Positions 16,734 through 25,400 of a stretch of 40,000 nt of DNA are shown one piece after another. This stretch comes from Candidatus Acidiferrales bacterium. GTDB taxonomy: Bacteria > Acidobacteriota > Terriglobia > Acidiferrales > UBA7541. The DNA lies in the NCBI GenBank assembly GCA_050747005.1, contig JBOGNE010000027.1, forward strand, positions 7,847 through 47,846, in the 5' to 3' direction. Numbering within the stretch: position 1 is the first letter of the stretch; each line of letters opens with the position of its first letter. A program made the position numbers and the translations under genes. The notes below the pieces were generated by a model. It had not been told where the DNA came from and did no database searches. It saw nothing but the letters and a program-made list of their open reading frames with translations.

Positions 16734-17231
16734 ATGCCGAAGAAGGTTCCGCCTCGCGATCCGGTTCTCGCACTTCAGCGCAAAGCGATTGCGTCACGGA
16801 GGGTTGGAAATCAGAAATGTGCGAAATGCGGGGAGTCTAGAGCCGAGGCGTTAGTCGCTGGCACCAAACCGATGCTCTGCGCGGCATGCCAGCGGCGGAA
16901 ACAGCGCAAGAGCAGACTAGACGCTCATCACCCAGCGGGAAGAGCCAATGGTCGCGCCACGATTACGATGCCTGTTAACGACCATCGCGCTGCATTGAGT
17001 GTTGCTCAATACGACTGGCCCGAAGAGACATTGGAAAATTCGGATGGTAGTCCGCTTCTCGCGGCTGCAGCACACATTCGCGGATTCATCGACATGCTGT
17101 ATTACATGATCGACAAATTCCTCGCCTGGATTCCCGATCTTCTCGAATACCTTAACTCACTGCTGACCAAGTCGCGCGGTCGCAAATGGTGGCGAAGTAC
17201 AAAGTTGGACCGATTTGCGCCAAAGCGATGA
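16734..17231 (+). CDS. Zn-ribbon / HNH-like nuclease-motif protein
   Basis: CAKCGE...CAACQRR is followed by DAHHPAGRANGRATITMPVNDHR (an H-N-H-like spacing). Its ATG abuts the upstream TGA (16731-16736), and its stop overlaps the polB ATG (ATGA at 17228-17231). Confidence 0.45.
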   Translation: MPKKVPPRDPVLALQRKAIASRRVGNQKCAKCGESRAEALVAGTKPMLCAACQRRKQRKSRLDAHHPAGRANGRATITMPVNDHRAALSVAQYDWPEETLENSDGSPLLAAAAHIRGFIDMLYYMIDKFLAWIPDLLEYLNSLLTKSRGRKWWRSTKLDRFAPKR

Positions 17232-20200
17232 AAATCTCAGCTCCGCACGCTCCGTTACCCATTGCGATCCGTGTTTTTTCCAAATTGGTAAAGAAACAAA
17301 CCGAGACAGGTCGAAGCACACATTGGAGACTGCCAGATGCGATGCTCGTCTTTGACACCGAAACGCGAATAGACGCGACACAACGCCTCACGTTTGGAAG
17401 CTATAGGTTCTTCGAGAGCGGTCAATGTATCGAGGAAGCGTTGTTCTGCGCTGACGATCTACCTGCGAAAGACTGGAGAGCACTCTCACGTTATGCCAGG
17501 TCACACCGAGCCGCAGTCGTGGGAGCACGGCATATCCGGTTGCTGACGCTGACTGAGTTTCTGGACCGATTTTATCGACTGACGTACAAAAGCCGGTGCC
17601 TTGTCGTCGGATTCAATCTACCATTCGATATGTCCAGGATCGCTCGGGATTCTGCCGCTGCACGAGGTCGTTTCGCAGGAGGATTCTCTCTAGGGTTGTG
17701 GACGTACCGTGACAACCAGGATTGCGAGCACCCGAGCACCTATCGGCCCAGATTTGCTACAAAGCAAATCGATAGCAAACGAGCCCTAAAGGGCTTCACT
17801 GCATGCTTCAAGCCCGATAAGACCGACCTTATCCCAGAGGGTTCTTCGAGCGGGAAGCCCGAAGAGGGATACAAGTTTCGGGGTCACTTCTTAGACTTGC
17901 GTACGCTGGCCTTTGCACTTACTGATGAAAGCTATTCTCTCGAGTCCGCGTGCGAGGTGTTCGGTGTCGAGCACCGCAAGGCAAAAGCTTCTCGTCATGG
18001 CGAGATCACTGAGGAATACATCGATTACAACCGGCGCGACGTTTTGGCGACTGCGGAACTCGCAGTCAAACTCCTTGAAGAATACGAGCGTCACCCTATC
18101 AAGCTACAAGCGACCAAAGCCTATTCACCAGCTTCAATCGGCAAAGCCTATTTGCGCGCAATGGGAGTTGCGCCAATCCTTGAGCGACAGCCACACTTTC
18201 CGAGGAAATTTCTCGGGTACGCGCAGTCTGCATTTTTCGGCGGACGTACCAGCGCTCACATTCGCAAAGCGCCTGTCCCTGTTGTATACGTCGATTTCCT
18301 ATCAATGTATCCGACAGTGAACAGCCTTATGAACCTCTGGCGATTTGTCATGGCAGAGCAAATCAAAATTGTCTGTCATTGCCAACGAGAAATTCGGTCG
18401 TTTCTGAAGCGTTTGACTCGTGCAGAGCTATTCAAGCCCGAAACGTGGACCCGACTGCCAGCATTTGTGAAGATCATTCCAAACGACGACATCCTTCCAA
18501 GTCGGAGCCAATACAGTCTGCAGACGAATGATTGGCAAGTTGCTGTCAATTACTTATATGCGAAAGGCAGCAAGCGAAACGATGGTTTGTGGTACTCGCT
18601 GCCGGATGTAGCGGCAAGTGTTCTTCTCACCGGGAAGGTGCCGAGGATCGTTGACGGGTTTCGCCTTGAAGCACGCGGAGTTCGCGAACGCCTCAAAGCA
18701 GTAAAGCTGCGGGGCGCTGTGAGAGTTGATCCGAGAAAACAAGATTTCTTTAGGGTTGTCATCGAAGAGCGTAAACGCGCATCCTCACGAGCCGACCTGT
18801 CAGAGACGGAAGAGAGACGTCTCGATAAGGCACTGAAAGTTCTCGCGAACGCAGCGAGTTATGGCATCTACGCGGAGATGAACCGGCAGGAATCGGACAA
18901 GAAAGTCAGAGTAAATTGCTACGGAATAGATGCGAAATCATTTTCGTGTTCTGTCTCACATCCAGACGTTCCGGGGGAATATTGTTTTCCACCGCTTGCG
19001 TCGCTCATTACCGGAGCGGCTCGCCTGATGCTCGCGCTACTCGAATCTTGTGTCACGGAGATAGGCGGAACTTACGCGATGGAAGACACTGATTCTATGG
19101 CAATCGTCGCAACCAAGCACGGCGGACTTGTTGCGTGTCCTGGCGGACCGCTTCGAAGTCGCAACGATAAGGAGGCGATCACAGCGCTATCTTGGTTACA
19201 GGTTCGAAAGATTTCAGAACAATTCGCTGCGCTTAACCCATACAAGAAAACAGCGATACCCGGATCGATTCTCAAGATTGAGGAAGATAATTTTGATCCG
19301 AAGACACATAGGCAGCGACAGCTTTACTGTCTAGCGATCTCCGCTAAGCGGTATGCACTATTTTTGCTGAATCGCAAACGTGAGCCTGTTCTGTTGGAGC
19401 GTGGCGTCAACAATCGCAAAGACAGATGGTCTGAGCATGGCTTAGGCCATCTCTTAAATCCAAGCAATCCCGACAGCGAGGATCGCGATTGGATTGGACA
19501 ATCATGGCTCATGTTAATTCGACGCAGCCTCGCACTCACAACGAAGAGACACAGATTCGAGACTCTACCGGCAATTGGACGGATTACACTGAGTAGCCCG
19601 CTAGTCATGCGCCCCTTCATCGCTTTCAACACGGGGAAGCCGTACGCGGACCAAATCAAACCGTTCAACTTTCTCTTAACCTGTCACGTTGCCCCACTCG
19701 GCCATCCCGTTGATTGTCAGCCGGCGGATTTCCACCTCGTCTCGCCTTTCGAACTCAATTCCAAGAAGTGGCTGGGAATGGAGTGGTTGAACCTCTACAC
19801 AGGAAAGCGATATCGGATCACAACGGTTGGACATCATGGTACGCGCCACGCAGCGCGCGTGAAGACCTATGGCGACGTGCTAAGTGAGTACGAATTTCAC
19901 CCAGAATCGAAGTGCGCAGATGCAAACGGGCAAATATGCAGGAGAGAAACACTTGGCTTACTGCAACGACGGCGCGTTCAGATCGACGCGATCAAATACA
20001 TCGGGAAAGAATCGAATCAGCTAGAGAACGTTCACGCGGGTTTAATCCACTCGGAGAAAAGTGTCTACACCGAATACACAGATGCGAGACGCGATGAATG
20101 GGCAACGAAATTATTGCCGGTGTTGAGAAAACCCCCGTTGAGGGTTCTCGTAAGGAAGTGTCGCGGTCGTATCTCTCGCAGAGCACTGATTGAAATGAGA

Positions 20201-20269
20201 GCCGGACGAAGCAGTCCGCATCGAAAGAATCAAGAAATCCTTAGGACGGTTGCTCTCACTTTCGATTAA
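17228..20269 (+). CDS. polB: Family B DNA polymerase (casposon PolB)
   Basis: Motifs: Exo I LVFDTETRID, Exo II YNRRDVLAT, Pol A VYVDFLSMYPT, Pol B KVLANAASYGIYAE, and Pol C YAMEDTDSMAI (DTDS at nt 19085-19096). The start at 17228 is chosen for the ATGA coupling. The track start is 17186. Confidence 0.85.
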   Translation: MKISAPHAPLPIAIRVFSKLVKKQTETGRSTHWRLPDAMLVFDTETRIDATQRLTFGSYRFFESGQCIEEALFCADDLPAKDWRALSRYARSHRAAVVGARHIRLLTLTEFLDRFYRLTYKSRCLVVGFNLPFDMSRIARDSAAARGRFAGGFSLGLWTYRDNQDCEHPSTYRPRFATKQIDSKRALKGFTACFKPDKTDLIPEGSSSGKPEEGYKFRGHFLDLRTLAFALTDESYSLESACEVFGVEHRKAKASRHGEITEEYIDYNRRDVLATAELAVKLLEEYERHPIKLQATKAYSPASIGKAYLRAMGVAPILERQPHFPRKFLGYAQSAFFGGRTSAHIRKAPVPVVYVDFLSMYPTVNSLMNLWRFVMAEQIKIVCHCQREIRSFLKRLTRAELFKPETWTRLPAFVKIIPNDDILPSRSQYSLQTNDWQVAVNYLYAKGSKRNDGLWYSLPDVAASVLLTGKVPRIVDGFRLEARGVRERLKAVKLRGAVRVDPRKQDFFRVVIEERKRASSRADLSETEERRLDKALKVLANAASYGIYAEMNRQESDKKVRVNCYGIDAKSFSCSVSHPDVPGEYCFPPLASLITGAARLMLALLESCVTEIGGTYAMEDTDSMAIVATKHGGLVACPGGPLRSRNDKEAITALSWLQVRKISEQFAALNPYKKTAIPGSILKIEEDNFDPKTHRQRQLYCLAISAKRYALFLLNRKREPVLLERGVNNRKDRWSEHGLGHLLNPSNPDSEDRDWIGQSWLMLIRRSLALTTKRHRFETLPAIGRITLSSPLVMRPFIAFNTGKPYADQIKPFNFLLTCHVAPLGHPVDCQPADFHLVSPFELNSKKWLGMEWLNLYTGKRYRITTVGHHGTRHAARVKTYGDVLSEYEFHPESKCADANGQICRRETLGLLQRRRVQIDAIKYIGKESNQLENVHAGLIHSEKSVYTEYTDARRDEWATKLLPVLRKPPLRVLVRKCRGRISRRALIEMRAGRSSPHRKNQEILRTVALTFD

Positions 20270-20316
20270 ACAGTGGAACTGTTCAGCGAACATGCGCCAA
20301 GGCCACGAATTGGTTC

Positions 20317-21819
20317 TCAGGCGGCCTTCGAGCCAGACGGCTTGTTATCGTCGCGAGCGTCGATAACCACGACATTTTCCTTGTTGTCGAGCTTCAGTCT
20401 TTTCAGAATATCTTCCAAACGGTTTTGTTCAGCTTCAGAGAAAAACAGAACCACCTTTATGGACTTCCGCGCATCGCTTGCTTTCTGGTATATCTGAGTT
20501 TGGTGTTGAAGATTCTTTTCGAGTTGAGAATTGCTTGCAAGCTTAAATTCGACTATTGATTTGTCTGTACTGCCGCGTGATATTTTGTAGTCGGCTGGTC
20601 CCCGCCCATCGTTCACTTCGCGACTTACGTCTGATGGCGTGGCGTACCACGTAAACCTATAAAGAATGTGGGCATCGCTTTCGCGTTGCAATAGTTGGCC
20701 CTTAACGTAGAAGATTTTGTGGCCGCCCTTGTTTTCAATTACGTCCTTAAGGAAGCGGACCCGACAGAGCGCTTCGTCATAAGTTCGTCCGCTGTTGCGG
20801 TAGAACTCTGACTGTCGGGCGAGCAAGTCAACTAGTCGTCCAAATTGCTCATGGTAAAGAGTTTCGGATGATTTAACTCTTCTGGAACTTATGCTTTCGG
20901 CTTCCCGTCCTAGTTGTTCCTTTCGCCGAATGAAATAGTCGATTATTTTCGGGAAGTGGTAGATGGTCTCGCTAGCGGCGTTACGTCGTTGCTTAGGCGT
21001 TGCCTTCTCTGGAAGAACTCTAATGAAGTAATTGTTAATTTTTGCTCGCAACTCCGTATTGGAAACGGAATCGCACAATCTTTCAAAATCGGTGACAAGG
21101 TCCGCTCGGTTGATCCAGGTGTTCTCTTTCGCCAGCATATCCTTGGGAGTGAGCAAGACATAGTCGTCCTTGAAACATGGCAATACAAACTCTTGTGAAT
21201 GCCAAGTCTCAGTACCGTAAATGAAGCGCACCCGAGGAACTGAGAATCTTCTCTTCAACCGAGGATGAATAAAGCGCTTGGCAAAGGCTTCCGTGTACTT
21301 CAGCAAGAAGCGCTTTATTAGATTTGTTGTGAAGTCGCTGATGTTGTCCTTCCCAACTCCATCGTCTATTAGGCAGAGTTTTTCAAGATGACTGCCGCGC
21401 GAAACATTCTCGTTCCCAAATTCCGAAAAAATGCGGTGAAGGTTTCTGTGAAGTGTGTTCGCGAACTTGCTGCCCAACCCACGTCCTTTGTTGCCCTCCG
21501 CAGTGAAACCGAGCCAGTTCTGATCAACTTCTGGAAAGCGATAGAGCGACTGTATCAATCCAGGATCCAAATGCGAGGCGGCAGATTTTCGCTTAAGAAA
21601 TCTCAGATATTTGATTATATCTTTGTGCAGTTTACGATACTGCGACTTTCGACTGTTGAACAGAAGAAAAGGGTCGATAAACAACGGAAGGTCAGAGACG
21701 AGGGAAATATCAAACGCGCCGTACGATCTTAGTTGTGAGGCGGACACTTCAAAGAAGTCTGAAAAGTACAGCCTCATTTGAGAGCCGCCATCTTCCTCAG
21801 GGATTTCTTTCCCAGGCAT
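20317..21819 (-). CDS. Hypothetical protein with C-terminal PD-(D/E)xK-like nuclease motif
   Basis: 500-aa ORF (alternative ATG at 21777, MRLYFSDFF). The C-terminal segment GRGPADYKISRGSTDKSIVEFKLASNSQLEKNLQHQTQIYQKA fits a D...ExK...Q..Y restriction-endonuclease-like core. The N-terminal 400 aa are unrecognised. Confidence 0.5.
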   Translation of the reverse strand: MPGKEIPEEDGGSQMRLYFSDFFEVSASQLRSYGAFDISLVSDLPLFIDPFLLFNSRKSQYRKLHKDIIKYLRFLKRKSAASHLDPGLIQSLYRFPEVDQNWLGFTAEGNKGRGLGSKFANTLHRNLHRIFSEFGNENVSRGSHLEKLCLIDDGVGKDNISDFTTNLIKRFLLKYTEAFAKRFIHPRLKRRFSVPRVRFIYGTETWHSQEFVLPCFKDDYVLLTPKDMLAKENTWINRADLVTDFERLCDSVSNTELRAKINNYFIRVLPEKATPKQRRNAASETIYHFPKIIDYFIRRKEQLGREAESISSRRVKSSETLYHEQFGRLVDLLARQSEFYRNSGRTYDEALCRVRFLKDVIENKGGHKIFYVKGQLLQRESDAHILYRFTWYATPSDVSREVNDGRGPADYKISRGSTDKSIVEFKLASNSQLEKNLQHQTQIYQKASDARKSIKVVLFFSEAEQNRLEDILKRLKLDNKENVVVIDARDDNKPSGSKAA

Positions 21820-22189
21820 GGTGGCACAGAATATAGCATCGATTCGCAGTTTGGAGGATTCGACAACAGCCGCGCGGCAAGATCGAGCCCAGGATCGTTC
21901 CCAGACTGCGTTAAGCCGCTTACAGAAACTCGCACGCAGCGTTCGTTTACATCAGTTAAGCCAGACGAAAAGTCATCGATAGCAAACGATGGTCAAGACA
22001 TTGTATTCAAAGGGAGTTATCGAAAAGCTAGATTACGAAATTTTAGAACAAGCAGCTCGTCTAAAAAATCTCGCTGTACACGGGCTCAAAATCCCGCCAA
22101 TCGATGGCGGGCTGATGCAGCAGTGGCGACTTATCGTTGTGAACCTGCTCTATAGAGTTGAACGATATCCTACCAGCAACAGGACGTAA
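21818..22189 (+). pseudogene. Small HEPN-like ORF interrupted by an in-frame TAG (or two separate mini-ORFs)
   Basis: The track ORF 21989..22189 (MVKTLYSKGVIEKLDYEILEQAARLKNLAVHG...) contains an R-x6-H segment (RLKNLAVH) reminiscent of the HEPN Rx4-6H motif. A 54-codon ORF starting at ATG 21818 is in the same frame and ends at TAG 21980-21982, only 2 codons before the ATG at 21989. Confidence 0.25.
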
Positions 22190-22224
22190 CCAATTGTGGG
22201 TCGCTAAGAGCGCGCGTTCGCGAA

Positions 22225-22295
22225 GCACTATCTCCTAGAAATGCACCATTTTGCAGCAAAGAGGGCAGTTTCAAGGTCGCCTATCCCCTAACCCC
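22225..22295. repeat. Right terminal inverted repeat (71 bp) of the casposon
   Basis: Exact reverse complement of 8486..8556. Confidence 0.9.
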
Positions 22296-22308
22296 AAACC
22301 GCCAAACG
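22294..22308. repeat. Right copy of the 15-bp direct repeat ccaaaccgccaaacg (putative target-site duplication)
   Basis: Identical to 8472..8486 and in the same orientation, immediately outside the right TIR. Confidence 0.75.
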
Positions 22309-22415
22309 TTGACCTCCACGAAACGCGGCTGGATAGAGGTTCTGGAGCGCCGGATGTTTTCTGATATTCTCAGAGCAGGTTCCTTGGCGCAGAGTTACGA
22401 GACATCAAACTGTCT

Positions 22416-25400
22416 ATGCAAGTTCAAACGAGCGGAGTTGTTCTTATCGCGGCGGCGTTGCTGCTGGCAATATTCTTCGCTTTCGTGTATCGCCAGAAAC
22501 GGCAGACCTACTTGCTGGTCTGGGCGCTCAGCTGGGGGCTGATTGCCCTCCACTTCATCGGACCCGCCTATGCCGAAACCGGACACGCGCCCGCTTGGAC
22601 GGGGACGCTAACCGAATGGATTTTGGCTATTGCGGCGCTGAGTTTTTATTGTTCGGCGCGGCTGTATTCGCAGCTCAGCCTGCAACTGCGCGGAGTGGTT
22701 GCGGGAGCCACGGTGGCTGCGGTGTGGGCGCTCGCCTATTCCCGAGGTTGGGTGGCAGCGCCGCTCGGCCTGGGCGTTGCGCTGTTGTTCCTCCTGATCG
22801 CGAGAACATTCTGGGAAGAAGGACGTAAACAGCAAACGCGCGGAGACATCCTGCTCGCCTTGACCTTCGCCGCGTGGGGAGTGCTGCGCGCTACCACCGT
22901 TTTTCAGTCCCGTATCGGATGGTTGGCGGGCAAAAATCTCATTCCTCTGGCTATGTTGCCCCTGTTGTTCGCGGGCGTGCTCATGGTGACGGCCGTCTAT
23001 GAAGAGGAGCGGCGGCGCGTCGAGAGAAACATGCTGGCGCTTTCGAATTTGAACCTCGCTACGTCGAGTTTCGTCGGCGGCGAAATCCAGAAAATGCTGG
23101 CCCAGGCGCTGGACCGCGTTCTCAACGTCGTCCGTATTCCCGCCGGCGCATTAATCTTGCATTACGGCGAGGCCACGGGTCCGACGTCGGTCGTCGTGAC
23201 CGGACTCAACGAAGGCATATGCCCGGCGATTCAGGAAAATGATCTCGACAACTACATCGTGAATCTCGTGGCGCGCCTCGGAGGCTTGGTCGTGCTCCGA
23301 GATCTTGAATCCGATTCGAATTACGAGGCGCTTGAAAAGGAAGCCGAATTTGGCCGGGCGCGCAAGTTGTTTCTTGAGCAAGGATTGCGCACGGTCGTGG
23401 GAATTAGCCTTCAGGCGAAAGACCGGGTGCTTGGCGCGCTGCTGCTGGGAAGTCCAGACAACCGCAATTTCACCCCGGCGGAATTGCGCCTTCTGCTCGC
23501 GCTGGGGCACCAAATTGGCATGGCCGTCGAGAACAGCTACCTGGTCCAGCAGACCGCGCGCCGCAGCGAGGAACTCCATATTCTGAATGAAATTGGCCGC
23601 GCTCTGAGCTCGACGCTGGAGACCGATTCGCTCTTCGACCGGATCTATTCCGAAATGCGGCGGTTGCTCGACGTAAGCAGTTTTTTCATCGCCTTTTACG
23701 ACCGAAAAACGGAAGAAGTGCGTTTCGACATGGAGATCATCGAAGGCGAGCGCCAGCCGAAGCACACGCGCCCTTCAGGAAACCGCGTGATCGAATACAT
23801 CATGCGAACCCGGCAGCCGATCCTGGTCCGCGATCATTTCGCCGAAGAAATGCAACGGTTGGGAATACAGCCGGGGAGGCATGCGGGTTCATTCTGCGGT
23901 GTGCCACTCGTCCTGTACGACCGGGCGATCGGAGTGATGGCGGTCCATAGCCAGCACGAGCGCGCGTTCGACGAAGGGCATGTGGAGCTGCTCCGCGTGC
24001 TGGCGAGCGAGGCCGGCATCGCCATCGAGAATGCGCGGCTCTTTGCGGAAGAACAGAAGAAATCGCGGCAACTGATGCTGCTCAACAACATTTCTGGCCA
24101 TGCCATCACGACGCTCAATCCCGACGAGATGCTGACGAAGATCGCCGGCGAAATTGAGAATGCCCTTAGCTACGACCATATCGGTATCGCCATTCTCGAC
24201 TATTCCGCTAAAGAACTGATGATTCAGGCGGAAGCTGGATCGCGGCGCGATGCCGTGGGACGCCGGATCGTGCTCGGCGAAGGATTGGTGGGACATGTCG
24301 CGCGCAGCGGCCAGATGGAGATCGTACGCGATGTAACGCCATTGTCGCCGCAACCTGTCCTCGCCGGCTCGGTGTGCGCCATTGCTCTGCCGGTGACCTA
24401 TGCGGAACAATTGATGGGCGTGCTTTACGTGGAATCATCCGAGCCGTGCGAATTCGGCGAACAGGAAGTGCTGCTGCTGCGGACACTCGCCGACCTGTTC
24501 GCCGGAGCGCTGCACAATGCACTGACGTTCCAGAAGGCGCAGGAACAGGCGATTACGGACGGCTTGACAGGAGTGAAAACGCATCGCTTTCTGATGGAGG
24601 CGCTGTCGTCCGAGTGGAAGCGGTCGACGCGTGCGAACCGCTCCTTTGCGCTGGTACTGATGGATCTCGACCGGTTCAAATTCGTCAACGACTATTATGG
24701 CCATCTCGAAGGCGACGTGGTTCTGCAGCGCGTCGGACATATACTGGAGCAGAATTGCCGGCGCTCCGACGTTGTGGCGCGCTACGGCGGAGACGAGTTC
24801 GTGATCTTGATGCCGGAAACTACCGTCGAGCAGGCGTACCAGCTTGCGTGCAAGCTTCGCGGCTGGGTTGCCTCCGATCCGCTGCTGCGCGATAAGAACA
24901 TCACCGCCAGTTTTGGCATCGCGGGATTCCCGGTGCATGGCTCGACGCCACAAGAACTCATCCAGGTGGCCGATTCCTCGATGTACCTGTCCAAGCACCA
25001 AGGCGGAAATGCCGTATCGAGCGCCGAGCATTACGACCCGAGCGAAACGAAAGAATGGAAGAAAGACGTGCTCGAAGCTTACCTGGGTGTCACGCTTAAG
25101 CGCCTCTTCGCCACGGGCCCGGAAGCGTTCGAGGAAGTGTATCGCCGTCTTGAACAATTTACGCGGTCGCTCTCCGAGGGAGGCCAGGGCGATTCGCCCG
25201 ATATGCTTCCGCCTGCGGTCGTCGAGACGGTGACTTCGCTCGCGCTCGCCATTGACGCGAAAGATCACTACACGCAAGGACATTCGCAGAAAGTCTCCGC
25301 CTACGCGGCGTTGATCGCTCAGTCGCTAGGCTTGAAGACGGCGGAAGTAGAAGAAATCCGGCTCGCGGCGCTGCTGCATGATGTTGGCAAAGTTGGAATT

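Larger units (their letters stand above)
8486..22295. mobile_element. Casposon (Cas1-dependent self-synthesising transposon), 13,810 bp including TIRs
   Basis: Perfect 71-bp TIRs and a flanking 15-bp direct repeat bound the element. It carries a stand-alone Cas1, a family B polymerase and an HNH-like gene. There is no cas2 or CRISPR array. Composition is more AT-rich than the flanks. Confidence 0.8.

Noticed and set aside
20270-20316. Hairpin aacag-tggaa-ctgtt after polB as a terminator
   Set aside because: It has a 5-bp stem and no U-tract, which is too weak to call.
21778-22155. Track ORF 21778..22155 (+) as the coding frame near the right TIR
   Set aside because: The product is Arg/Ser-rich with no recognisable features. 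The other frame (21818/21989) gives more protein-like sequence. Both are low confidence.
8486-22295. 71-bp inverted repeats as boundaries of an invertible (phase-variation) segment
   Set aside because: No serine or tyrosine recombinase is encoded inside or nearby. The repeats are flanked by a direct 15-bp duplication, which points to transposition rather than site-specific inversion.
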